Shown here: piece after piece, positions 1 through 13,001 of the stretch
How the letters are laid out: each line of letters opens with the position of its first letter
Position numbering within the stretch: the stretch's first letter is position 1
Assembly (NCBI RefSeq): GCF_009914755.1
Contig: NC_060928.1
From: the human T2T-CHM13v2.0 reference genome, Homo sapiens
DNA length: 64,000 bases
Direction: 5' to 3' (one strand)
The notes under the pieces: model-generated
Told to the model about the DNA's origin: nothing
The model's input: only the letters and a program-made list of their open reading frames with translations
The model's database searches: none
Made by a program: the position numbers and the translations under genes

Positions 1-159
1 AGCTCACCCTCCATGGGCTGCACCCACTGTCCAACCAGGCCCAGTGAGATGAACCAGGTACCTCAGTTGGAAATGCAGAAATCACCTGTCTTCTGCATTG
101 ATCATGCTGGGAGCTGCAGACCGGAGCTGTTCCTATTAGGCTATCTTGGAATGGACTCC
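1..159 (-). mobile_element. 5' end (5'UTR) of an L1PA element that continues left of the window
   Basis: Minus strand reads ...ccaagatagcctaataggaacagctccggtctgcagctcccagcatgatcaatgcagaagac, matching the primate L1 5' terminus. Confidence 0.9.
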
Positions 160-164
160 ATGAA

Positions 165-305
165 TAATATATCGTGTAAAAGATTTCTAATCAATAATTT
201 TTTAAAAAGCACTCTTGAAATCCAAAGGCAAAAAGACAAATTACTCAATCTAAAAATAGGCAAAATACTTAGACATTTCGCCAAAGAAAATATATAAGTA
301 GCCAA
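165..305 (+). mobile_element. Old L1M ORF2 3' fragment
   Basis: aaaaataggcaaaatacttagacatttcgccaaagaaaatatataagtagccaa resembles the L1 ORF2 'KWAKDLNRHFSKEDI' region. Confidence 0.55.
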
Positions 306-306
306 C

Positions 307-885
307 ATGATAGGAAATATTAGGTGTCAACTTGATTGGACCAAGGGCTGCCTAAATAGGTAGTAAAGTATTGTTTCTGGATGTATCTGTGAGGGTATTG
401 CTAGAGGAGACTGACATTTGTGTCAGTGGGCTGGGAGAAGAAGACCCACCCTCAATGTGGGTGGGCACACTAGCCACTGCCAGAGTGGCAAGAATAGAGC
501 AGGTGGATGATGGTGGGATAAGTTTGCTTGCTGAGTCTTCTGGTTCTCTTTCTTCTTCTTATGCCGAATTATTGCTTTTGTTCCTCCTGTCTTTGCACAT
601 TAAACTCCAGGTTCTTCAGCCTCCGTACTCTGGGACATGCACCAGCAGCTTTCCAGGGGTTATCAGGTCTTCAGGCACAGGCTGAAGCACTGTCGGTTTC
701 TCTGGATTTGAGGCTTGTGAACTTGGATTGAGCCACTACCAGCTTCTCTCTTTCCTTGGCTTGCAGATGGCCTATCATGGGACTTCACCTTGTGATCATG
801 TGAGCCAATTCTCGCTAATAAACTCTTTCTTATATATACATATATCCCATTTGTTCTGTCCCTCTGGAGAACTCTGACTAAAAGA
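307..885 (+). mobile_element. MLT2B-type 5' LTR of an ERVL/HERV-L provirus
   Basis: Starts tgataggaaatattaggtgtcaacttgattgg, has AATAAA near 817, ends ctctggagaactctgactaaaaga, and is followed directly by the ERVL internal start gatgttggtaccagg (PBS region). Confidence 0.9.
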
Positions 886-1011
886 GATGTTGGTACCAGG
901 GGTGGTTCTAGAGGAACAGAATTTTAAGGATGAATTTCCTTAATTGGTTTTGTCATTTCTGGAGTTAGCTCTCTAATCTGATTAGACCTAAAAATGCTAA
1001 GGACTTTACTT

Positions 1012-2727
1012 TGTTTTTTCTTCTCATTTTACTTTAAGTTCTGGGATACATGTGCAGAACATGAAGGTTTGTTACATAAGTACGCATGTGCCATGGTGGT
1101 TTGCTATACCTATCAACCCATCATCTAGGTTTTAAGCCCCACATGCATTAGGTTTTTGTCCTAATGCTCTCCCTCCCCTTGCCCCCCATCCCCTGACAGG
1201 CCCCTGTGTGTGATGTTCCCCTCCCTGTGTCCACGTGTTCTCATTTTTCAACTCCCACTTAGGAGTAAGAACATGCAGTGCTTGGTTTTCTGATCCTGTG
1301 TTACTTTGCTGAGAATAATGGCTTCCAATTTCATCCACATTCATGCAAAGGGCATGAACACATTCTTTTTATGGCTGCATAGTATTCCATGGTGTATATG
1401 TGCCACGTTTTCTTTATCCAGTCTATCATTGGTGGGCATTTAGGTTGGTTTCAAGTCTTTGCTATTGTAAATAGTGCTGCAATAAACATACGTGTGCATG
1501 TGTCTTTATACTACAATGATTCATAATTCTTCGGGTATGCATCCAGTAATGGGATTGCCGGGTCAAATGGTATTTCTGGTTCTAGATCCTTGAGGAATTA
1601 CCACACTCTATTCCACAATGGTTAACTAATTTACACTCCCACCAACAGCGTAAAAGCGTTCCTATTTCTCCACAGTCTTGCCGGCATTGGTTGTTTCCTG
1701 ACTTTGTAATAATCACCATTCTAACTGGCATGACATGGTTTCTTATTGTGGTTTTGATTTGCATGTCTCTAATGACCACAGTTGATGAGCTTTTCTTCAT
1801 ATGTTTGTTGGTTGCATAAATGTCTTCTTTTGAGAAGTATCTATTCATATTCTTCTCTCGGTTTTTGATGGGGTTGTTTTTTTCTCATAAATTTGTTTAG
1901 GTTCCTTGTAGATTCTGGAAATTAGACCTTCATCAGATGGGTAGATTGCAAAAATGTTCTCTCATTCTGTAGGCTGCCTGTTCACTCTGATGATAGTTTC
2001 TTTTGCTGTGCAGAAGTTCTTTAGTTTAATGAGATCCCATTTGTCAATTTTAGCTTCTGTTGCAATTGTTTTTGGCGTTTTTGTCATGAAATCGTTACCC
2101 ATGCCTATGTCCTGAATGGTATTGCACAGGTTTTCTTCTAGGTTTTTTTTGGTTTTGAGTTTTACTTCTAAGTCTTTAATCCACTTTGAGTTAATTTTCG
2201 TATAAGGTGTAATTTTGTATAAGGTGTAATTTTGTATAATTTTATATAAGGTATAAAATTTGTATAAGGTGTAAGGAAGGGGTCCATTTTCCGTTTTCTG
2301 CATATGGTTAACCAGTTTTACCAGCACCATTTATTAAATAGGGAATCCTTTCCCCAATGCTTGTTTTTGTCAGGTTTGTTGAAGATCAGATGGTTGTAGA
2401 TGTGTAGTGTTATTTCTGAGGTCTCTGTTCTGTTCCATTGGTCTATATATCTGTTTTGGTACCATTACCATTCTGTTTTGGTTATGTACCCTTGTAATAT
2501 AGTTTGAAGTCAGGTAGCATGATGCCTCCAGCTTTGTTCTTTTTGCTTAGGATTGTCTTGGCTATACCGGCTCTTTTTTCGTTCCATATGAAATTTAAAG
2601 TAATTTTTTCTAATTCTGCGAAGAAAGTCACTGGTAGCTTGATGGGAATTGCATTGAATCTATATATTACTTTGGGAATTCTGTCCATTTTCAAGATATT
2701 GATTCTTCCTATCCATGAGCATGAAAT
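1012..2727 (-). mobile_element. L1PA (about PA7/PA8) 3' segment: poly(A), 3'UTR and ORF2 C-terminus
   Basis: Reverse-strand L1 3'UTR plus ORF2 fragments ([19 protein letters not shown]; [11 protein letters not shown]); left TSD gactttactt at 1002-1011. Confidence 0.95.
2193..2272. repeat. About 4.5 tandem copies of a 17-bp unit (aattttgtataaggtgt) inside L1 ORF2
   Basis: Units start at 2193, 2211, 2228 (partial), 2238 and 2255. Confidence 0.9.
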
Positions 2728-3609
<882 letters not shown>

Positions 3610-4632
3610 GACTCTACTTCTAAGAGTGCATAGAGCACTGGTAGTCCTTGGCATGCATTGTTTAGAGAGTTATGCAAAATAAATGCATTTGATACTCCTG
3701 ATTCACCACTACTGAGAGGCAAGGAGTTTAGTGACTCTATACATGATACCTTTGAATGTTTACAGAGAACCAAGGAACATAGTGAAGTTGGTTGGCTGCT
3801 CCTAAGTTTGCTGGACAAAGTGATGAAATAAAAAGATGAGCTCAGAGATTATATATCTCAGCTCCAGAAGTGCATACTTAACCTCAATCTTCTAAGATTG
3901 CCCTGGGTTTTTTTCAGGTTTGTTTGTCTTGTCTTCTGCAGACAAAGGGCTGAAATTGCTGAAAATAAGACCAAGCTCTTATCATGTGAGTGGCTGACAT
4001 ACAATGAAAGGCACACACTCAGCCTCACCAGGTGTCTACTGATAAAGTGAGATCATTGACTAGGAAATAATGGAACTCTACAACTTCAGATGGGGATGTG
4101 TGGAAGGACCCTGATGAAGCTGGGGACACTAAGTTCCTGAATTCCCATGAGTTTATTTTCCAGAGGAAATGGCCTTCACCTCCCTCACAACCCACTCCCC
4201 TGTGGGGGCAACATCCCCTCCCTCACCCAAGCTGCTATCAGCCTCTCCACCTTTGTCTGAGATTAACCCTGCACTGGCTGAGCAACAGTGATGGCCTCCC
4301 CTGAGGCAGCTGCCAGGCAAGACAATGCTGATTCTCCTCAGGACCCACCCCTACTACCTCTCTTTGCTTCTAGACCTGTAACTAGACTCAAGTCCCAGCA
4401 GACCCCTAAACGTGAGGTACAAAGTGTGACCCATGAGGGGGTGCACTATACTCCAAAAGAACTACTTGAGTTTTCTAATTTATATAAGCAGAAGCCTGGA
4501 GAATAGGTATGAGAATGGATATTAAGGGTGTGAAATAATGGTGGTAGGAACATAAAGTTGGATCAGGCTAAATTTTTTGATATGGACCCACTAGGCAGAG
4601 ATTCTGCATTTAATGTTGCAGCTCAGGGAGTT

Positions 4633-4938
4633 GTGCTTTTTTTTTTTGTTTTTGAGATGGTGTCTCAGTCTGATGCCCAGGCTAAAGTGCAGTGGTGTGA
4701 TCTCGGCTGATTGCAACCTCTGCCTCCCAGGATCAGGCAATTCTCCTGCTTTAGCCCCCTAAGTAGCTGGGGTTACAGGTGCCCGCCACAACACCAAGCT
4801 ATTTTTTTTTTAATTTTTTAGTAGAGATGGGGTTTCACCATGTTGGCCAGGCTGGTCTCAAACTCCTGACCTCAAATGATCCACTCACCTCAGCCTCCAA
4901 AGTGCTGGGATTACAGGCTTGAGCCACTAAGCCCAGCC
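4633..4938 (-). mobile_element. AluS in ERVL gag
   Basis: Full dimer; TSD agct(c/a)agggagtt at 4620-4632 and 4939-4951. Confidence 0.95.
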
Positions 4939-6364
4939 AGCTAAGGGAGTTTTAAAAGGTTCTAATAATTTATTTCTTAGTTAGTTGAAACATGGATCAA
5001 AAGATGGCCCACTGTGAGTGAGCTGTAAATGCCTGATCTCCCTTGGTTTAATGTAGAGGAAGAGATACAAAGGCTTTGGGAGACTGGAATGCTAGAGTGG
5101 ATTTTTTCACGTTAGACCTACTCACCCCAAACGGGAGGGTTCAGAGGGCATACCCTTCACCAATACCCTGTGAAATAGATTTGTGAGGGGAGCACCAGCA
5201 TCTTTAAAGAGTTCTGTGATTGCTCTTCTCTGTGTGCTAGATCTTACAGTAGAAACCACAGTCACTCAACTGGAAAACTTAAACACAATGGGAATAATCG
5301 GATTCCAAGTGGTAGGAGCCAAGTGGTAGCACTCAATTATCAAGGCAACGTGGGAGTAGTTACCATAATGCACAGCACAGGCAAAGCCACAATCAGAATA
5401 TTCTGACCCATGTAGAGCTCTGGTATTGGCTAATTAATCACGGCATTCCTAGAAGTGAAATTGATAGGAAGCCTACTACGTTTTTACCTGATCTATAAAA
5501 AGAAAACTTCCAGGTCAAGTAGAGAAAAGTCTAATTTCAGTTATAAAAGCAGATAATCATAGCCTTCAATCAGTTTCCGCACTTGAGCCAGTTTACACAC
5601 CCAGAACCCCTTGAATGACGAGGAGGCCAGGTCCCTTTGAGGAAGGACCCCACTATACTACTAAAAATTTATACTGTTAATCTTTCTTCCATCCTTTCCC
5701 AAAGAGACCTCTGGCCTTTCACCAGGGTAACTGTGCACTGGGAAAAGGGGAATAATCAGACCTTTGGGAATTACTAGACACTGGCTCTGAACTGACATTG
5801 ATTCCAGGGGATCCTTGGCCTTCCAGTTTCAGTAGGGGCTTATGGAGGTCAGGTAATTAATGGCATTTTGGCTCAGATCTGACTTACAGTGGGTCCAGGA
5901 CCTGTCCTGTGGTCATTTACCCAGTGCCAGAATTCATAAATAAATAGACATCCTTACCAGCTGGCAGAATTCCCACATTGGTTCCCTGACCTGTGGAGTG
6001 AGGGCTATTATGGTGAGAAAGGCCAAAGGGAAACCATTATAGCTGCCTCTACCTAGAAAAATAGTAAATAAAAAAACAATATTGCACCCCTGAAAGGATT
6101 GCAGAGACTAGTGCCACCATCAAGGACCTGAAAGGTGCAGGGGTGATGATCCCTACCACATCCCCAGTCAACTCTCCTATTTGGCCTGTTCAGAAGACAG
6201 ATGGATCTTGGAAAATGGTAGTGGATTATTGTAAGCTTAACCAAGTGGTGACTACAATTGCAACTGCTGTACCAGATGTGGTTTCATTGCTTGAGCAAAT
6301 TAACACATCTCCTGGTACCTGGTATGTAGCTATTGATTTGGCAAATGCCTTTTTCTCCATTCCT

Positions 6365-6667
6365 GGCCAGGGGCGGTGGCTCACGCCTGTAATCCCAGCA
6401 CTTTGGGAGGCCGAGGCGGGCGGATCACGAGGTCAGGAGATCAAGACTATCCTGGCTAACACAGTGAAACCCCGTCTCTACTAAAAAAAATACACAAAAA
6501 ATTAGCCAGGCATGGTGGTGGGTGCCTGTAGTCCCAGCTACTCAGGAGGCTGAGGCAGGAGAATGGCATGAACCTGGGAGGCAGAGCTTGCAGTGAGTCG
6601 AGAACACACCACTGCACTCCAGCCTGGGTGACAGAGCAAGACTCCATCTCAAAAAAAAAAAAAAAAA
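6365..6667 (+). mobile_element. AluY in ERVL RT, no TSD
   Basis: AluY diagnostics (gaatggcatgaacc, gagcttgcagtg); A17 tail. Confidence 0.95.
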
Positions 6668-8510
6668 GTAGCAACTGGGGAGACATTTGCATGTCAGGGG
6701 ATGAGAAATAAATCTAAAATTCAGGGGCCTTTTGCCTCTGTGAAATTTCCAGAGTTCCAGTGATGTGAGGCATGTTGAGATAGTCCTTCCAAGGTGAAGG
6801 ATAAGTTGTTGTATCTGGCCCTTCCTACAACCAAGAAAGAGGCACAATGCCTAGTGGGCCTATTAGGATTTTGGAGGCAACACATTCCTCATTTGTGTGT
6901 GTTACTCCATTCCATTTATCAAGTGACCTGAAAGGCTGCTAGTTTTGAGTGGGGTCCAAAACAGGAGAAGCCTCTGCAACAGGTCCAGGCTACTGTGCAA
7001 GCTGCTCTGCCACTTGGGCCATATGACTCAGCAGATCCAATGGTGCTTGAGGTGTCAGTGGCAGATAAGGATGCTGTTTGCAGTGTTTGGCAGGCCTCCA
7101 TAGGTAAATCACAGTGGAGGCCTCTAGGATGTTGGAGCAAGGCCCTGTCATCTTCTGCAGATAACTACTCTCCTTTTGAGAGACAGCTCTTGGCCTGTTA
7201 CTGGGCTTTAGTGGAAACTGAACATTTGACTATGGGTCATCAAGTCACCATGCGACCTTAACTGTCTATCACAGCAGCATTCCGTCATCAAATGGAAGTG
7301 GTATACACGTGATTGGGCTCAAGCAGATCCTGAAGGCATAAGTAAGTTACATGAAGAAGTGGCTCAAATGCCCATGGTCCCCACTCCTGCCACCCTGCCT
7401 TCTCTCCGCCAGCCTGTGCTGATGGCCTTATGGGGAATTCCCTATGGCCAGTTGACAGAGGAAGAGAAAACTAGGGCCTGGTTTACAGATGGTTTGGCAT
7501 GATATGCAGGCACCACCCGAAAGTGGACAGCTGCAGCACTACAGCCCCTTTCTGAGATGTCCCTAAAAGACAGTGATGAAGGGAACTCTTCCCAGTGGAC
7601 AGAACTTTGAGCAGTACACCTGGCTGTGCACTTTTCTTGGAAGGAGAAATGGCCAGACATGCATTTATATGAATTCATGTGCTGTAGCCAATGGTTTGGC
7701 TGAATGATCAGGAACCTGGAAGGAACATGATTGGAAATTGATGACAAAGAAATTTGGGGAAGAGGTATGTAAATCAACCTCTCTGAATGGTCAAAAACTT
7801 TGAAGACATTTGTGTCCCATGTCAATGCTCACCCAAGGGTGACCTCAGCAAAGGAGGATTTTAACAATCAGGAGGATAGGATGACCTGCTCTGTGAACAC
7901 CACTCAGCCTCTTTCCCCAGCCATCCCTATCATTGCCCAATGGGCTCATGAACAAAGTGGCCATGGAGGCATGGATGGAGGTTATGCATGAGTGAGAAAC
8001 ATGGACTTCCACTCACCAAGGCTGACCTGGCTATGGCCATCATTGAGTGCCCAATCTGCAAGCAGCAGGGACCAGCACTGAGCCGTTGATGCGGCACCAT
8101 TCCTCGGAGTGATGAACCAGCTACCTGGTGGCAGTTTGATTACATTGGACCTCTTCCGTCATGGAAGGGGCAGCAGTTTGTCCTTACTGGAATAGACACA
8201 TACTCCAGATATGGATTTGCCTTTCCTGCACCCAATGCTTCTGCCAAGACTAAAATTCATGGGCTCATTGAATGCCTTATCCACCTCCATGGTATTCCAC
8301 ACAGCATAGCCTCTGACCAAGGCACTTCACAGCCAAAGAAATATGGCAGTGGACTCATGCTCATGGAATTCACTGGTCTTACTATGTTCCCCATTATCCT
8401 GAAGCAGCTGGCTTGATATAGAACGGTGGAATGGCCTTTTGGCGTTTCAGTTACAATACCAACTTGGTGACAATACTTTGCAGGGCTGGGGCAAAGTTCT
8501 CCCAAAGGCT

Positions 8511-10313
8511 GTGTATATATGAAAGGGAGTTTATTACGGAGAATTGGTTCACACAATCACAAGGCAAAGTCCCACGACAGGCCACCTGCATGCTGGGGAA
8601 GAAAGAAGCCAGTAGTGGCTCAGTCTGAGTCCAAAAGCCTCAAAACCAGGGAAGCTGACAGTGCAGCCTTTCGTCTGTGGCTGAAGGCCCAAGACCCCCT
8701 GGCAAACCACTGGTGTAAGTCCAAGAGTTCAAAGGCCAAAGAACCTGGAGTCTGGCCCCTCCCCCTCCCCCTCTCCGCACGGTCTCCCTCTCCCTCTCTT
8801 TCCACGGTCTCCCTCTCATGCTGAGCCGAAGCTGGACTGTACTGCTGCCATCTCGGCTCACTGCAACCTCCCTGCCTGATTCTCCTGACTCAGCCTGCCG
8901 AGTGCCTGCAATTGCAGGCTCGTGCCGCCACACCTGACTGGTTTTGGTGGAGACGGGGTTTCGCTGTGTTGGCCAGGCCAGTCTCCAGCCCCTAACCGCA
9001 AGTGATCCGCCAGCCTCGGCCTCCCGAGGTGCCGGGATTGCATACGGAGTCTCGTTCACTCAGTGCTCAATGGTGCCCAGGCTGGAGTGCAGTGGCATGA
9101 TCTCGGCTCGCTACAACCTCCACCTCCCAGCCGCCTGCCTTGGCCTCCCAAAGTGCTGAGATTGCAGCCTCTGCCCGGCTGCCACCCCGTCTGGGAAGTG
9201 AGGAGCGTCTCTGCCTGGCCGCCCATCGTCTGGGATGTGAGGAGCCCCTCTGCCTGGCTGCCCAGTCTGGAAAGTGAGGAGCGTCTCCACCCGGCCGCCA
9301 TCCCACCTAGGAAGTGAGTAGCACCTCTTCCTGGCCGCCATCACATCTAGGAAGTGAGGAGCGTCTCTGCCCGGCCGCCCATCGTCTGAGATGTGGGGAG
9401 CGCCTCTGCCCCGCCGCCCCGTCTGGGATGTGAGGAGCACCTCTGCCCAGCCGCGACCCCGTCTGGGAAGTGAGGAGCATCTCTGCCCGGCTGCCCCGTC
9501 TGAGAAGTGAGGAGACCCTCTGCCCGGCAGCCGCCCCGTCTGAGAAGTGAGGAGCCCCTCCGCCCGGCAGCCGCCCCGTCTGAGAAGTGAGGAGCCTCTC
9601 CGCCCGGCAGCCGCCCCGTCTGAGAAGTGAGGAGCCTCTCCGCCTGGCAGCCGCCCCGTCTGGGAAGTGAGGAGCGTCTCCGCCCGGCAGCCACCCCGTC
9701 CGGGAGGGAGGTGGGGGGGTCAGCCCCCCGCCCAGCCAGCCGCCCCGCCCGGGAGGTGAGGGGCGCCTCTGCCCGGCCACCCCTACTGGGAAGTGAGGAG
9801 CCCCTCTGCCCGGCCACCACCCCGTCTGGGAGGTGTGCCCAACAGCTCATTGAGAACGGGCCAGGATGACAATGGCGGCTTTGTGGAATAGAAAGGCGGG
9901 AAATGTGGGGAAAAGATTGAGAAATCGGATGGTTGCCGTGTCTGTGTAGAAAGAAGTAGACATGGGAGACTTTTCATTTTGTTCTGTACTAAGAAAACTT
10001 CTTCTGCAAAAAAAAAAAAAAAAGAAAGAAAGAAAGAACCTGGAGTCTGATGTCCAAGGGAGGAGGAGCAGGAAGAAGCATCCAGCAGGTAAAGTTATCC
10101 CACCTTCTTCCTCCTGCTTTGTCTTTGCTGTGCTGGCAGCTGATTGCATGGTGTCCACCCACACTGAGGACAGGTCTTCCTCTCCCAGCCCACTGACTCA
10201 AATGTCAATCTCCTCTGGCAACATCCACACAGACACACCCAAGAACAATACTTTACCAGCCATCTGGGCACCCCTTCATCCAATCAAGTTGACAAATAAT
10301 ATTAACCATCACA
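8511..10313 (-). mobile_element. Solo MLT2B-type LTR inserted antisense in the ERVL integrase, split by an SVA
   Basis: Reverse complement of MLT2B (tatatgaaagggagtttatt ... caatcaagttgacaaataatattaaccatcaca); ERVL sequence resumes at 10314. Confidence 0.9.
8755..10032 (+). mobile_element. SVA retrotransposon (SVA_D-like) with 3'-truncated SINE-R
   Basis: CCCTCT hexamer remnant, Alu-like domain, GC-rich VNTR (~9170-9830), SINE-R start, poly(A); perfect 17-bp TSD aaagaacctggagtctg at 8738-8754 and 10033-10049. Confidence 0.97.
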
Positions 10314-11844
10314 GTACTGTTTCTTTCAGAGCCAGTATTCATGCGTCCAGGAATCAAGGGGTGGAAGTGGAAGTGGCACCACTCGCAATTACCCCTAGTG
10401 ACCTGGCTAGCAAAATTTTTGCTTCCTGTTCCTGCCACATTATGTTCTGCTGGCCTAGAAGTCTTATTTCCAGAGGGAGGAATGCTGCCACCAGGGGACA
10501 CAACAATGACTCTATGGAACTGGGAAGTTAAGATTGCCCCCTGGCCACGCTCCTCCTACCTCTAAGTATACAGGTTAAGCAGGGAGGTATAGTGTTAATT
10601 GAGGTGATTGACCCAGACTATCAAGATGAAATCAGTCTACTACTCCACAGTGCAGATAAGGAATACAGAGTATGTCTGGAATACAGGCGATTACTTAGGG
10701 CATCTCTTGCTATTACCCTGCCCTGTAACTAAGGTCAATAGAAAACTACAACAACTCCATCCAGGCAGGACTACAAACGGCCCAGACCCTTCAGGAATGA
10801 AAGTTTGGCTCACTCCATCAGGTAAAAAACCATGACCAGCAGAGACGCTTGCTGAAGGGAAAGGGAATACAGAATGGGTAGTAGAAGAAGGTAGTTATCA
10901 ATCCCAACTATGGCCATGTAACCAGTTACAGACATGAGGACTGACTGTCGAGAGTATTTCCTCCTTATTTCATTAAAAATATGCTTGTGTATATATACCT
11001 GTACTAAGGAAATATCTAAGTACAGGTATATATACCTGTACTAAGAAAAAATCTTAATGATTTCACAGTAAGTGATGGACCTGGCATTTAAATTCAGGCC
11101 CACCTGCCTTCAAATATGTGTTCTCCTTTATGATGACTTAATTGCCTAAAAATAGACCTTTTGGATTTGGAGGTAGCTGAAAGGTAAAATATTTTAGCAA
11201 AAGGTACCCTCCAATACAATTAGTTTGTGAGGCTTTTTTCACATTTTCTTGCCCAAATATTTTTCTTTAAAATTGTGATTAGTCAATGATTACTTTCAGG
11301 TTATTATCCTTTATTTGCTAACTTTACTAACAGAAAGTCATTAAAAAATTTTTAAATTCAAAACAAAACACATTTTAAAGTGACAGGTTTTCTTTTATTC
11401 AACAAAAGTAACAGATTATATCAGCAGCCTAGTCATCCTGATTTCTACTCTCTACATTGTCTAGAACTTCTCGGAGCCAGAACATCACAGACTGAAAAGT
11501 GAGTCACCTTATCCACCACCTGCATATAACAGGATCACCTCAATACTAATTCCACTGAGATTTTTATCTAGCACATTTTTCTACACCTCTAATGATCCTG
11601 GCTTAATAACTAAACACAGTAATATATCAGAAAAACACAATTCCTTTACAAAAAAAAAAAGTTTCCTGTATTTCACAAAGCAGAGCAAAGCAAATTTCTA
11701 ATCTCACAATTGTGACGCTCATGGCCTTTCCCTCCTTTAAAAGCTTCCAAAAGTTCCTTGCAGAAAAGTCTTTCCAATGCTTCCCTCCTACACACAACCT
11801 TTGCCTAGCTAAGTCCTAGTCATCACCCTTCTGGCCTTAGTTTA

Positions 11845-12117
11845 AATGTTACTTTATTTATATACCCAGGTTTTTTTTGGGGGGGGGGGTTTGTTTTGTT
11901 TTGTTTTTAAGTATAAGTACCATGTGCATACTAGAGGCAAGGCACTGCGTTGTGCTGGATTTTGAGGGGTGAAAGAACAAGCATGGATATAATGTTACTT
12001 TATTTATATATTCGGGTTTTTGGGGTTTTTGTTTTTGTTTTAAGTACCATGTGCATACTAAAGGCAAGGCACTGCGTTGTGCTGGATTTTGAGGGGTGAG
12101 AGAACAAGCATGGATAT
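11845..12117. repeat. Tandem duplication, two units of 146 and 127 bp
   Basis: Units 11845-11990 and 11991-12117, both aatgttactttatttatata...aagtaccatgtgcatacta...gaacaagcatggatat. Confidence 0.95.
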
Positions 12118-12486
12118 CTATCCTTTGAAAGCTTCTGGGAAGTTGGGGGTAGGGACAGAGAAACATTACAATTTAAAACCTATTTATAATGATATAATTA
12201 TAATCACTAAAGGATAAGTGCTATGAAGGAAAGGTTCAGGTTACAAAGAGAAAGTAAAACTAGGGAATCTAATTTAAAATGAGATGTCTCTGAAGGCCTC
12301 TTGGTAAGTGACATTTAAACTGAAGCCTGAAGTATAAAGAATAATTATTGTGAAGGGTGAGGAGAAGTCTTGACTAAACCAACAAAGTGAGGAGACACTA
12401 AAGCTTGGGAGGGCCTGAAAGTAGCCTAATGTGACTCTAGGACAGTGAGCAAAATGGAGAAAGGCATGCATGAAAGTGAAAAGATA

Positions 12487-12800
<314 letters not shown>

Positions 12801-13001
12801 AAGTGAAAAGATAGACCAGGCTTATAGGCCTCCTTGAGGATATCTAAATTTTATATTTTATTTTAGTACAATGGTAAGCCTGTGACTGGTTTCAAACTGG
12901 TAAATAACAAAATCTGATTTACATTTCAAAAAGATCTCTACTGCTATTGTGTGAAAATTGGATTAGGCCAATTAAATTCAGAATGTTTAATCCCCAGATT
13001 C

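Noticed and set aside
325-345. DUX4 site in the MLT2 LTRs (zygotic activation)
   Set aside because: Motif is degenerate here (tgattggacca) and in the second LTR (tcatccaatca); these are MLT2B-type, not MLT2A
9170-9830. Regular ~37-50 bp repeat array, superficially CRISPR-like
   Set aside because: SVA VNTR: no unique spacers, no cas genes, human context
8620-10531. Cluster of long GC-rich ORFs (up to 189 aa)
   Set aside because: They are readings of the SVA Alu-like/VNTR domains and MLT2B LTR; the repetitive peptides have no gene structure
3620-10945. Domesticated ERVL gag/pol/dUTPase gene
   Set aside because: Many stops and frameshifts, nested insertions, and RT catalytic motifs deleted
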